A stretch of 64,000 nt of DNA from Candidatus Sumerlaeaceae bacterium (lineage in GTDB: Bacteria; Sumerlaeota; Sumerlaeia; Sumerlaeales; Sumerlaeaceae): assembly GCA_051003195.1 (NCBI GenBank), contig JBPCLP010000013.1, positions 1-64,000 of the forward strand, written 5' to 3'. Below are positions 29,092-38,588 of the stretch, piece after piece (position 1 is the first letter of the stretch; each line of letters opens with the position of its first letter). Made by a program: the position numbers and the translations under genes. A model generated the notes under the pieces. It saw nothing but the letters and a program-made list of their open reading frames with translations, ran no database searches and had not been told where the DNA came from.

Positions 29092-30624
29092 TCAGCGCCT
29101 GGTTAGCGATTCGACTGCGGCGCGGCCCGCCAGGTAGCCGGTGGACCAGGCCCACTGGAAGTTGAAGCCGCCGATACGGCCGTCGACATCGAGAATCTCG
29201 CCGCAGAGATACATTGCGGGTATGCGCCGCGATTGCATGGTGCGTGCATCAATTTCGCCGAGGTTGACACCGCCCGCGGTGGTTTCTGCAAAGCTGTATC
29301 CCCGATTCCCAATGACGGTGAGTGGGAGTGCGGCAAGCCGGCGGGCCAGTTCAAGCCTTTCTGCGCGGGTGAGATCGTTGAGTTTTTCGCCAAGGCCGGA
29401 AGCCAGTGCGGAAGCGATGCGTTCCGGATAGATTGCACTGATCGCATTTGCGACGGAACGACGCGGTGAGGTTTTGATGTGCTGTTGGAGCCATTCATCC
29501 GCCGCTTCAGATGTGGGAAGGTCGGGGTGGCCGAGCAGCACGCGCGCCGGGCCGGGGTTCTGCAGAGTGTGGCGCGCGATGTGTCGCGATATGTCCAGTG
29601 CAGCCGGGCCGCTAATGCCAAAGTGGGTGAACACAACGGAACCGGTTCGCCGGGCGAGATGTTTGCCCGTGTCGTTGACGAGTATGAGGCGCAGCGGCAG
29701 GGTGATGCCCGCGAATTCGGCGAACTTTGCGCCGGGACCAGGAGCCTCTTCGCTCAGCAGGAGCGGCGCGAGTGCGGGAGTGGTGGGTACGATGGTATGG
29801 CCGAGCTGTCGCATCCAATTGAGCCCGGCGCCATCGCTGCCGGACTTTGGCAGCGCCATCCCACCAGTAGCCATGATGACCCGCCGCGCGTAGATCGGGC
29901 TGCTGTTCTGGATTGAGATTTCGAATAACGGTTCTGCTTCGACTGACGATTCGGCAGAGGCGCTAGTTTGGTCTACAGTTAGTTCGTATTCGGTTCTGTG
30001 TGCCGAACTGAGCTCATCTTCCGCTCTCAAACCGGATAGGAACTTCTGATTCGGCACACTGGTGTGGTGTCCCATTAATTCGTTCACTGGTTTTGCGTGC
30101 CGTCCGAGCTCGAAAGCTTCCTGAAGGATAGCTATGAACTTCTGGGACGGCACGCCAGGGTGAAGTGGGCGGATGCCGGTGACACGTGTGCTTGTCCTGA
30201 GCTGAATACCGAGTTGCCTGACGCGCTCAAGCAGTCCGTCGAGAACCGTGCGGGCTTTGTTGTTGGTCGGGAAATACTTTCCGTTCGGTTCGAGTTTTAA
30301 TTCCACGCCGAGTGACCGCATCCACTCGATTGTGCGCTGTTCGTCAAAGGCGCGCAGTACATTGCGGATGGTGGGCTGTGACCCCCCGTCGTAATCCTGC
30401 GAAGTGATTTGTTCGTTCGTGACATTGCAGCGTCCGCCGCCACTGATCAGAATTTTTGCGCCGGGTTTGTGTGCGCCTTCTAGCGCTATTATGCGCAGCT
30501 TTATACCCACAGTTGAGGCTGTCTCCGCGGCAAAGATCGCAGCGGCCAGGCCGGCTGCGCTGGCTCCGATGATCGCAATGTCGGCAGTGGCCGGGACGCT
30601 GTTTGGATCAGACGACGACATCAT
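29092..30624 (-). CDS. BaiN/HI0933-family FAD-dependent oxidoreductase carrying an in-frame insertion
   Basis: IIGASAAG, KILISGGGRCNVTN, ATGG..GSDG, FTHFGISGP, TAGGV, GEILDVDG..GGFNFQWAW; extra segment PGVPSQKF..VDQTS. Confidence 0.92.
   Translation of the reverse strand: MMSSSDPNSVPATADIAIIGASAAGLAAAIFAAETASTVGIKLRIIALEGAHKPGAKILISGGGRCNVTNEQITSQDYDGGSQPTIRNVLRAFDEQRTIEWMRSLGVELKLEPNGKYFPTNNKARTVLDGLLERVRQLGIQLRTSTRVTGIRPLHPGVPSQKFIAILQEAFELGRHAKPVNELMGHHTSVPNQKFLSGLRAEDELSSAHRTEYELTVDQTSASAESSVEAEPLFEISIQNSSPIYARRVIMATGGMALPKSGSDGAGLNWMRQLGHTIVPTTPALAPLLLSEEAPGPGAKFAEFAGITLPLRLILVNDTGKHLARRTGSVVFTHFGISGPAALDISRHIARHTLQNPGPARVLLGHPDLPTSEAADEWLQQHIKTSPRRSVANAISAIYPERIASALASGLGEKLNDLTRAERLELARRLAALPLTVIGNRGYSFAETTAGGVNLGEIDARTMQSRRIPAMYLCGEILDVDGRIGGFNFQWAWSTGYLAGRAAVESLTRR
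29963..30062. mobile_element. 96-bp hairpin element, copy 2 (intragenic)
   Basis: CTAG 29963 to CTGG 30059; stem GTGTGCCGAA/TTCGGCACAC; similar to reverse complement of 45456..45555. Confidence 0.8.
30059..30158. mobile_element. 96-bp hairpin element, copy 3 (intragenic, tandem to copy 2)
   Basis: CTGG 30059 to CCAG 30155; stem GCGTGCCGTCC/GGACGGCACGC; similar to 5310..5409. Confidence 0.8.
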
Positions 30625-30736
30625 GATAATTCAGGCTGTGCATCTTCCGAATCGTGGATTACATAGACCGGTGCAGATCGCGGGGAAGCATTTTCCACGC
30701 GCAAGTGCCTGTATTCTGCTATTGGGAACCGGAAGG

Positions 30737-31984
30737 CTATGGTTTCAGAGCGAGCTCGGTCACCACGCTCTTGAAATCTGCGTTGGAGGTTGGTGACGAT
30801 TTTTTCGCCTGTTTTGCGTCGGGTGAGAAAACCAGGAGTGTCGGCACTTTGAAGACCTCGTACTTTTTGGCGAGGTCGCCACCTTGCAACTGGTTTACGT
30901 CAATTCGGGCGCAAGCGTGCCTGGCCAAAAACTCTTTGGCGTCTGGATCGGTGGCAAACAGGTTGTCCATGCGGGTGACCGCTTTCACGCCAGGAGCGTA
31001 GAAGTATAGCAGCATGGGCTTCTTGAGCTTTTGTGCGGTCTGCCATGCTTCAAGAGGGTCGACCCATCCGGTAACCTGCTGCATCTGGAGAGGCGCCGGT
31101 GCTGTTGCGTCCGTTGCGATTTTTCCTGTCGCCGAGGCGGCAAGGTTCCAGCCTTCGGCGTAGGGCGAGTCGGGAATTCCGGGAGCCTCTTTCGAGACCT
31201 GGATCGAAAGGTTATCCATGTAGGCCTTGTAGTCCAGCTTGTTCTCGGCCAGCATTACGCCCACGAGCATTTTCTTAAACGAAGTATCTTTAATCGGGGA
31301 GAACTTCGGCTCGCGTCCGTCGATATAACAGTGTATGGTGTCCGGCCCCTGGAACGCGAGCGCAAAACGATGCCATCCTGGCGACGGGATCTGCTTCAGG
31401 AGCTCATTGTCCTGAAGATAAATAGCAGCGGTGGCTTCACTGGGCCGCACGCACGAGAAGTAAAGGCTGGCCTGCTTCGTTATCCCGAAACGGTAGAAGC
31501 CCCGGTTCATTGCGGGAATGTTATTGGGAATCGGAATGCCCGGTGAAGTGGGTAGATCCATGGCGAGGACGGCGAGGCTTGGCAGTGGTTTACCGGTTTC
31601 GGGAATGTAGAAGTCCGCCTGTAAGAGCGCGCGCCCCTGCGGACCGAGGGTGTCGCGGTCGAGCTCCTTTTTCATCGCGAGGCCGATAGAGTAAACTCCC
31701 TGAGGCGCATCAACCATGGTCTGGATTTCGAGAGCAGCTTTGCCCGTTTCCTTGCCCGCCGCGCCCACACGGAAGGCTGGTGCAGCGCCCTGGACGGCGG
31801 AAAGATCCACCACCTTGAGTGTCTGATCAGGACTTTTGCCAATAGTCATCGCATCGGCCGGGATTTTTTTGTCCTCGAAGTTGGCCCACTGCTGAACCTC
31901 GTACTGCGCAAACAGAGGGACTGTAATAAAATGGATGCCGGCGAGCAGTAGTGCCGAGGTAGATCTCAGAAAGATGCGGTTCAT
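30737..31984 (-). CDS. secreted protein with ConA-like beta domain and C-terminal thioredoxin-like domain lacking CxxC
   Basis: Signal peptide; GWHRFALAF..YIDG; KKPMLLYFYAP..RIDVN..LAKKYEVFKVPTLLVF. Confidence 0.65.
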   Translation of the reverse strand: MNRIFLRSTSALLLAGIHFITVPLFAQYEVQQWANFEDKKIPADAMTIGKSPDQTLKVVDLSAVQGAAPAFRVGAAGKETGKAALEIQTMVDAPQGVYSIGLAMKKELDRDTLGPQGRALLQADFYIPETGKPLPSLAVLAMDLPTSPGIPIPNNIPAMNRGFYRFGITKQASLYFSCVRPSEATAAIYLQDNELLKQIPSPGWHRFALAFQGPDTIHCYIDGREPKFSPIKDTSFKKMLVGVMLAENKLDYKAYMDNLSIQVSKEAPGIPDSPYAEGWNLAASATGKIATDATAPAPLQMQQVTGWVDPLEAWQTAQKLKKPMLLYFYAPGVKAVTRMDNLFATDPDAKEFLARHACARIDVNQLQGGDLAKKYEVFKVPTLLVFSPDAKQAKKSSPTSNADFKSVVTELALKP

Positions 31985-32205
31985 GTTTGTCCGTTTCTAC
32001 ATACGTTCGACGTGAATGAAACTATCAGGTTGTCGATCCTGGATTCATCCCGCACAAAGTAGCTGACCACCAAATGCGGTGATGTTACGAAGAACTGAGA
32101 TGGCGGCGTCAACCGAAGAAGCAGAGGCGGGCAGAGCGAGTGGACGCATAAAAATACAAACGGGACAGCCTGATTGGCGAGGCTGGCGCGTTGCGGTCTG
32201 CCGAG

Positions 32206-32316
32206 TGGCTGCTGTCCAGTGGCCGGATTCACCTCCGTAATTCTGAGAGGTGCCGTCGCGGCCACAGCGGCAGATAAGGTGGCTGCCAAAATGCCATTGA
32301 GTAAGTGCTTTAACAT
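32206..32316 (-). pseudogene. possible 5' remnant of a secreted protein gene
   Basis: GGAG then MLKHLLNGILAATLSAAVAATAPLRITEVNPATGQ (signal peptide plus LTD-like ITEV start); downstream residues look non-coding. Confidence 0.35.
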
Positions 32317-32483
32317 CTATGTCTCCGTACGCGAGTTCTGCCAACCACGTATCATAGGGAGAGAAGCGGCGCAGAATTGCAGCTATAAATGGACACGGTT
32401 GATGAACTGTCCGGCAAAGGGCAGTGTGGGCGACTTGCTGTGGGTGGCAGAGAAGTGATGGATTTACCGGAGGGAATCGGCAT

Positions 32484-33071
32484 ATGAACAAGATGCTTAA
32501 AGAGTTTCGCGAGTTCGCGATGAAGGGAAGCGTCGTCGACCTGGCGGTTGGTTTAATCGTGGGCGGTGCTTTTGGCAAGATCGTCGATTCACTGGTGAAG
32601 GACATCCTGATGCCACCCATAGGTGTAATACTGAAGGGCGTGGATTTTTCAAATCTTAAACTTGTGCTGCTGCCAGGCACATCACCAACGGTGACAACCA
32701 GTACGCAGGTGATGCCGCAGGTTCTTTCGGGCACTGTTACAACTTCAGGTACCACGGTGACTGAATTATTTACCACAACAACTGCGACCGCGGTAACAAG
32801 CGTGGGAAAGGCCGCTGAGGAGGTGGCTATCCGTTATGGACTATTCCTGAACACTTTGATCCATTTTCTGATTGTTTCGTTCGCAGTTTATCTACTTGTG
32901 AAGCAGATTAACAGATTAAAGCAGCAACTTGAGAAGCCCACGCCGACAACACGCGAGTGCCCACGATGTACGTCGCTGATTGCGCTTAGAGCCACGCGCT
33001 GCCCTCAGTGCACGGCGGATATCGATGCCGGGCTGCCGGAACATAGCGTGCCTGTGGAGACCCCGACGTAG
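32484..33071 (+). CDS. mscL: large-conductance mechanosensitive channel with Thr-rich loop and C-terminal zinc ribbon
   Basis: [58 protein letters not shown]. Confidence 0.95.
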   Translation: MNKMLKEFREFAMKGSVVDLAVGLIVGGAFGKIVDSLVKDILMPPIGVILKGVDFSNLKLVLLPGTSPTVTTSTQVMPQVLSGTVTTSGTTVTELFTTTTATAVTSVGKAAEEVAIRYGLFLNTLIHFLIVSFAVYLLVKQINRLKQQLEKPTPTTRECPRCTSLIALRATRCPQCTADIDAGLPEHSVPVETPT

Positions 33072-33098
33072 CATAAAACTGAGTCATTGCGGTCGTGG

Positions 33099-33114
33099 TG
33101 GCACCGAAAATGCT
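33099..33114 (+). promoter_or_regulatory. sigma-54-type -24/-12 promoter
   Basis: TGGCAC-CGAAA-ATGCT; a second GG-N10-GC match at 33141..33156. Confidence 0.55.
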
Positions 33115-33175
33115 CCTTTTTCGGGGCATTGCAACAATGCGGGCTACCCGCTTGCAAAAAACTGGAGGATGTCTC

Positions 33176-33436
33176 ATGAAGAGAAGCTTAATGCTGGCCC
33201 TGGTGGCCGGCGCTGCCCTTGCTGTACCCGCCATTGGCGGAGCATGTCCTGGACACCAGCATCATTACACCGGTGGCTATGGCTATTCCAGAGGCCCATG
33301 CGTGGCCCCGCGCCCTGTATGCCAGCCTGTGTGCCGGCCAGCGTGCCCGCCACCTGTCTGTCGCCCTGTGTGCAATCCGTGCGACCCGTGCGGCCGCTCA
33401 GGCTTGCTCGGCCTCGGAATTCTTGGAATTCTCTGA
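33176..33436 (+). CDS. small secreted Cys/Pro-rich protein (86 aa)
   Basis: GGAGG RBS; signal peptide MKRSLMLALVAGAALAVPA; 9 Cys; ends GLLGLGILGIL. Confidence 0.75.
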   Translation: MKRSLMLALVAGAALAVPAIGGACPGHQHHYTGGYGYSRGPCVAPRPVCQPVCRPACPPPVCRPVCNPCDPCGRSGLLGLGILGIL

Positions 33437-33519
33437 CCAGGCAGTAAGCTAAAGCCTGCCGCGTGCGTGGCCCGTGTGGCCGCCGCGCGGCTTTTCAATT
33501 ATTAGCGGGTTACGGGCGA

Positions 33520-34035
33520 TCAATCGTCGTGCCGTCGAGGCCCTTTTCGCCTGCGGCCGCCGAATCTGCGGTTTTTGAAGGTAATCATCTCGATTAACTG
33601 ACGACGGTCTTGTGCGGCAATGCGACGCTCGGAGAGAGCACGACGGTCCGGCCCGGAATATGTCGGCACCTCGATCCGGGGGCGATTATCCGAGGGATCA
33701 CGGGTCCTTCGATCGTACGAACGTGGTATATCGGCAGAGTGCGCCATGTGCATCCTGGCGCGGTTTGCGCGGACTTTCTGCAGCTCGGTGTCTTGAATCA
33801 ACTTTTTAACAGCGATTGCGCCGCCCGACAATCCTACCGCTTTTATGAACAGTGTCTTTCCGTGAGTATGGATGAATTCGACCAGTATTCGATGCTGACG
33901 GTCGATAACGCCGGAGACCGGAAGCCCTAAATGCGTAAGCAGATGCTTAATATCGCCATCCGGTTTGGCTTTCGCATACACGACACCTTTTACATCTTCA
34001 CCAAAGCGGCCGTAAAACTTATCAATCGTCTTCAT
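33520..34035 (-). CDS. hypothetical protein with Arg-rich DRR/ERR tail
   Basis: ATG at 34035; YSGPDRRALSERR..QDRR. Confidence 0.6.
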   Translation of the reverse strand: MKTIDKFYGRFGEDVKGVVYAKAKPDGDIKHLLTHLGLPVSGVIDRQHRILVEFIHTHGKTLFIKAVGLSGGAIAVKKLIQDTELQKVRANRARMHMAHSADIPRSYDRRTRDPSDNRPRIEVPTYSGPDRRALSERRIAAQDRRQLIEMITFKNRRFGGRRRKGPRRHDD

Positions 34036-34069
34036 CGGTGGTGAATTGGAACTTGATCTTTGACTGAGC

Positions 34070-35026
34070 TCAAGAGGAACTCGTCGGGGCCTGAAGTGTC
34101 GCCTGGTCTTCGGTGCGCAGGATGCGGACACGTAGCGCCTTGGGCACGATGCGGTAAACGATCGGCAACTGAAGTTTTATTGTTTCGCCGTCGCATGATA
34201 CTCGCACGTACGTACGATGTTTGACGAAGACAACAAGCTGCTGCAGGCGATGCTCGCTGAGAACAGGGCAGTCCTCGCTGCGACCGCGCAGGAATGCGAC
34301 GGCCGCGCGGAGCGTCGCCCAGACGGTTCCCTCTTTAACGACAAACAGCTGCAACTGGCCGGCGTCCAGACGCGGTCGCTGCCCCGCCGACCAGAAACCC
34401 TTTTCGACCGCGTTGTTGGAGACAAAGACCAGGCCGGCATGGAAGGGTTGGCCGCCTTCTTCCTGGCTGAGTTGAACTTTAATGCGGACAGGATGGCGCA
34501 GGAACTCGAAGGCAGCGACTAGATAAGCCATCCATTTCCCCAGCACGTGTTGGCGCTTTTCGCGCCGGCGGACCAGATACGGGTAAAGTCCCAAACTCGA
34601 GTTGTTGATGAAGTGGCGCCCATTGACGGAGCCGACATCGATCAGGATTTCCTGCGCGATTGATGAATCGAGCGCTCGGGCGGCAATCACGGGATCGAGC
34701 GGAGTGCCGACGTCTTTGCAGAAGTGATTTAACGTGCCGTAGGGAATCGGAACGAGTGCGGTGTCTGTGCCGACAAGCAGGTGGGCAACAGAGCTGATGG
34801 TGCCATCGCCGCCGGCGACTCCAATTGCCGAAGTTCCGGATGCGATCCACTGCCTGACAAGTTGCGTGAGGTCGTCCTTCGGTGATATCAGATGTACGTG
34901 AATCCCGGCGATGGAATTGACCGAAGACAGCAACTCCTCGTTCGAGCCAATCTTGCCTGCACTACCGGCATTTGGATTGACCAACAGGACAATGGCGCCG
35001 GCTTTCATCTGTGGCTGGAGACCCAT
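34070..35026 (-). CDS. diacylglycerol/lipid kinase family protein (YegS/BmrU-like)
   Basis: NPNAG, AGGDGT, PYGTLNHF, IDVG, FINNSSLGLYP, DGE. Confidence 0.92.
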   Translation of the reverse strand: MGLQPQMKAGAIVLLVNPNAGSAGKIGSNEELLSSVNSIAGIHVHLISPKDDLTQLVRQWIASGTSAIGVAGGDGTISSVAHLLVGTDTALVPIPYGTLNHFCKDVGTPLDPVIAARALDSSIAQEILIDVGSVNGRHFINNSSLGLYPYLVRRREKRQHVLGKWMAYLVAAFEFLRHPVRIKVQLSQEEGGQPFHAGLVFVSNNAVEKGFWSAGQRPRLDAGQLQLFVVKEGTVWATLRAAVAFLRGRSEDCPVLSEHRLQQLVVFVKHRTYVRVSCDGETIKLQLPIVYRIVPKALRVRILRTEDQATLQAPTSSS

Positions 35027-35100
35027 GCTAGCATGATGACCCGCCGCGCCCGTTCGAGATATGTGTCGGGTACGTAGGAATCACTCATAAGACCTACCGG

Positions 35101-35116
35101 AGCACCCCGGGTGCCA
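35101..35116 (-). promoter_or_regulatory. sigma-54-type -24/-12 promoter
   Basis: Minus strand TGGCAC-CCGGG-GTGCT, about 75 bp upstream of the lipid kinase. Confidence 0.55.
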
Positions 35117-35256
35117 GTTTGCATCATCGTGACGAAACACTACCGCTGATGTAAGTTTTGTTACAGCTCAGGCGACATAGAGCGAGTCATGAGCAACCGT
35201 CCGGTCTGTTTCGAGTTGGACAGGCGGCAATATGTGTCTACATAAGTTAATCCAAA

Positions 35257-35946
35257 GTGAGTGTCAGATTGAAGCGATTAGAAAAAAAGCATCCGCTGGC
35301 CATCCGCTGGTTTCACTGGGTGAATTTTCCTGTGCTGGCGCTGATGATCTGGAGCGGACTGCAGATCTACTGGGCGAATGACGTGTACAAGATCACTGCG
35401 GGCAGCCGTGAGGTGTTCCACTTTTTTCCCGATGGATTTTACGAGAAGCTTCGTCTGACCCACCGACTGGCAGAAGGCATGGCATGGCACTTCGCGCTGA
35501 TGTGGATATTCATTATTAATGGACTGTTGTACGTGTTGTATACGGCTTTTTCCGGCGAGTGGCGCTACCTGCTCCCGAACCGCAACACTTTGCGCGACGC
35601 ATGGCAGGTCGTGCTGCACGATCTGCACATCCGAAAGCAGCCGCTGCCCGTGCGAAAATTTAATGGTGCGCAGCAGATCGCATACACGGGCGTGATTCTA
35701 ATGGGGGCGGGATCACTACTGACAGGGCTGGCGATTTATAAACCCGTGCAGCTTAGCTGGCTGGCATGGCTGCTCGGCGGCTATGAGGCGGCGCGGCTGG
35801 AACATTTCCTACTGACGGTTGGCTATGTTGCATTTTTTATCATCCACGTGCTGCAGGTGATCAGAGCCGGGTGGAACAATTTCCGCGCGATGGTGATCGG
35901 TGTCGAAGTGGTAGACGTGCCGCCAACACACGAGAGCGTTCAATGA
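35257..35946 (+). CDS. cytochrome b subunit (thiosulfate reductase/YdhU-like)
   Basis: HPLAIRWFHW, MIWSGLQIY, WHFALMW, KFNGAQQIAY, EHF, IHV. Confidence 0.88.
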   Translation: MSVRLKRLEKKHPLAIRWFHWVNFPVLALMIWSGLQIYWANDVYKITAGSREVFHFFPDGFYEKLRLTHRLAEGMAWHFALMWIFIINGLLYVLYTAFSGEWRYLLPNRNTLRDAWQVVLHDLHIRKQPLPVRKFNGAQQIAYTGVILMGAGSLLTGLAIYKPVQLSWLAWLLGGYEAARLEHFLLTVGYVAFFIIHVLQVIRAGWNNFRAMVIGVEVVDVPPTHESVQ

Positions 35947-36767
35947 GCGACGACCCTGAACCGGTCCCGGGAAGTCCAGGTTCAGAAAAGCATGGAAGCG
36001 CATGCGACGAGGAAATATACCGCCGGGTGCGGCGTCTGTCCCGGCGTGGTTTTCTGGTAGCAGGCGCCGCGGCAATAACGGGCGCGGCGGGTTATCAATG
36101 GCTTCGCACGCGGCCGGCTGAAGACGGAATTCCGTGGCCGCTGCGGCGCATGCACGAGCTCAATGAAGCACTGGCGACTACGTTGTCTTCTCCGCAGCGG
36201 CTTGCACCGGAATATGCACGCAGACAATCCCGCATGCCTCGCGTGAATGGCGTGATTGGCTTGAGCGATGATATAGAAGATGGGGCGTGGCGATTAAACC
36301 TGATCGGTGCGGCGGACCCCCTGGTCCCGATCAGGTTATCGATGGACGACATTAAATCGATGCCGCGAGTGGACATGGTGACACGGCTGTGTTGTATCGA
36401 AGGATGGAGTGAAATCGTGCACTGGAGCGGCGCCCGGCTGGCGGACCTTGTGCTGCGGTACCCGGTGCTTCTTGGGAAAAACGGATCGAATGGCGTCGCC
36501 GAGGCACGTTATTTGTCCGTTGAAACGCCGGACCAGGAGTACTTCGTAGGCCTGGACCTGAAAAGCGCCCTGCATCCTCAGACACTCCTATGCTACGAAA
36601 TGAATGGCGCAGCCCTGGAGCCGGAGCATGGTGCGCCTTTACGTTTGGCTATCCCTCACAAGTACGGAATCAAGAACCTGAAGTGCGTGGGCACTTTGGC
36701 ATTTGTGCACGAACGCCCGGATGACTACTGGGGCATGCGAGGGTATGACTTTTACTCCGGGCTTTGA
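35943..36767 (+). CDS. Tat-exported molybdopterin-dependent oxidoreductase (sulfite oxidase/MsrP-like)
   Basis: SRRGFL Tat motif; CIEGWS, ALHPQTLL, HGAPLRL, KYGIKNLK; ATGA overlap with cytochrome b. Confidence 0.9.
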   Translation: MSDDPEPVPGSPGSEKHGSACDEEIYRRVRRLSRRGFLVAGAAAITGAAGYQWLRTRPAEDGIPWPLRRMHELNEALATTLSSPQRLAPEYARRQSRMPRVNGVIGLSDDIEDGAWRLNLIGAADPLVPIRLSMDDIKSMPRVDMVTRLCCIEGWSEIVHWSGARLADLVLRYPVLLGKNGSNGVAEARYLSVETPDQEYFVGLDLKSALHPQTLLCYEMNGAALEPEHGAPLRLAIPHKYGIKNLKCVGTLAFVHERPDDYWGMRGYDFYSGL

Positions 36768-37028
36768 TGTACAGCTTCCATCGCGGTGACGATCTCGGCT
36801 TTTTTCTCCGGGGGCAGTGTGTATGCCGGTGAAGCTATTGCCGCTGAGGCAATGGCTTTGTGTAGATTGCGCGTGGCGAGACGCATTTGAACTTTGGTCG
36901 ACACTCCAACTGTGGATCTTACATGGAGAAGTGTTTTCACAGCAGGTTATATAAACCGGGGTTCAATCGACCCATGAACGTAATTAACCATTGCGTCACC
37001 CCAACAGTGTCTTTATCGGTGTGGGTTC

Positions 37029-37496
37029 ATGCCGAAGCCACTTATTGATGGGGTGCGTACCAAGCGCCTGACCGTACACGCGGATGAGCGTGGCCACCTG
37101 ATGGAAATGCTGCGCAGTGATGATGAAATTTATAGTCGATTCGGACAGGTGTACATGACGACCGCTTACCCCGGCGTCGTGAAAGCGTGGCATTACCACA
37201 AGGTGCAGACAGATCATTTTGTGTGCGTGCACGGGATGATGAAGGTGGTGCTGTACGATCCGCGGGACGGGTCGTCGACCAAGGGGCAGGTAAATGAGTT
37301 TTTTATTGGAACGCATAACCCGCTTTTAGTCCAGATTCCGCCGGGTGTGTATCACGGCTTTAAGTGCATCTCGGATCACGAAGCGATTATCGTAAACACG
37401 CCAACTGAGCGGTATAACTACAGTGAGCCCGACGAGCACCGGATTCCTGCACACTCAGACGAGGTGCCGTACGACTGGTCGCGGAAAGACGGCTGA
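37029..37496 (+). CDS. dTDP-4-dehydrorhamnose 3,5-epimerase family protein (RmlC/RfbC-like)
   Basis: DERG, PGVVKAWHYH, YDPRDGSST, IPPGVYHGF. Confidence 0.9.
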   Translation: MPKPLIDGVRTKRLTVHADERGHLMEMLRSDDEIYSRFGQVYMTTAYPGVVKAWHYHKVQTDHFVCVHGMMKVVLYDPRDGSSTKGQVNEFFIGTHNPLLVQIPPGVYHGFKCISDHEAIIVNTPTERYNYSEPDEHRIPAHSDEVPYDWSRKDG

Positions 37497-37646
37497 ATGT
37501 TTAGGGTAGCGCTTGCCTTTACAGGCGCGGCACGAACGTCTCGAGAGCTTGGATCCAACCGTCTAAGCGCGGCGCAACTGCGTCCATTCAGGTGTTTGCA
37601 TTTTTGGGCCCCATTGTTGCAAGATGCTGGTGCAGGAACTTCTTGA

Positions 37647-38393
37647 ATGGACCAGCAGACACTCCGGGTACGCGCGCGAAATCCTTTCCTGCTGCGTATC
37701 GCACGCCAGTTGTCGATTCTGCTTATCCTGCTGCTTGCGGGCTATGGGATCTATAAATTGATTAATCCCATACCGCGAACGGCAGAACCGGGTTCGCTCC
37801 GGCGCACCGAGACGATCGTTAATACGCTTCCGCCGATCAGCCGCAGTGAGATTGTCTCGCAATTCAAGCTGGTGACGGTCGAGCGCCAGTACCGAATTCC
37901 GGTGATCGGCACAACCTACAAGCCAATGCCGAACCCCCAGCGCGATGGGGCAATGGGGCGTGTTTCGCAGGCGCTGTTCGGCAAGCGTGAACGCGTGCCC
38001 GGCACGACGCAGAACCTGGTATATGAAATGGTCACAACCGTGACGGCCGGGATTGATTTATCTTCCCTGCAGGACAGCGATATCGTAAACGGTGAACGCG
38101 AGACGACGATCACCCTTCCGGCGGTCGAGGTACTTTCGGTCAGCCATGACTCGACGAAGAGCAAGATCTTCAGCCAGGAATCACCCAATATGCCGTATGT
38201 CGGCAATGCCGCGACTCTCCTGACGGACATGCAGAAGCGTGGGGAGATTCGGCACTGGGAGGAAGCACGTAAAGACGATGCGCTACTTTACCGCGCTCGT
38301 GTTACCGCGGAGCAGGACCTGCAGAAATTGCTGGGCCCCACACACCCGGGCCGACAGATTCATTTTGTTTTCAGGACCCGCGCAACTCCTTAG
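37647..38393 (+). CDS. DUF4230-like membrane-anchored protein
   Basis: N-terminal TM; KLVTVE, VTAGIDLS, ITLPAVEV. Confidence 0.7.
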   Translation: MDQQTLRVRARNPFLLRIARQLSILLILLLAGYGIYKLINPIPRTAEPGSLRRTETIVNTLPPISRSEIVSQFKLVTVERQYRIPVIGTTYKPMPNPQRDGAMGRVSQALFGKRERVPGTTQNLVYEMVTTVTAGIDLSSLQDSDIVNGERETTITLPAVEVLSVSHDSTKSKIFSQESPNMPYVGNAATLLTDMQKRGEIRHWEEARKDDALLYRARVTAEQDLQKLLGPTHPGRQIHFVFRTRATP

Positions 38394-38588
38394 CTGCGAA
38401 TACCCAACAGAAACGCAATTGGCCGGGGATCTGTCAGAAAAAAAGCCTCAGCCCTTCGGCTGATTCTACCGCTGGCCGGGCAACATTAAGGAGGACATAC
38501 AGTCCGACGTAATCCTCGTGGTCGGTCGTTATGTTTTACGCGGAAAACTTCTTGCCCCGTCTGACTGTCAGACCAGAGAATTCAGCTC

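Noticed and set aside
36752..36940. 62-aa minus-strand ORF
   Set aside because: GTG start, no clear RBS or motif; cannot be supported or excluded.
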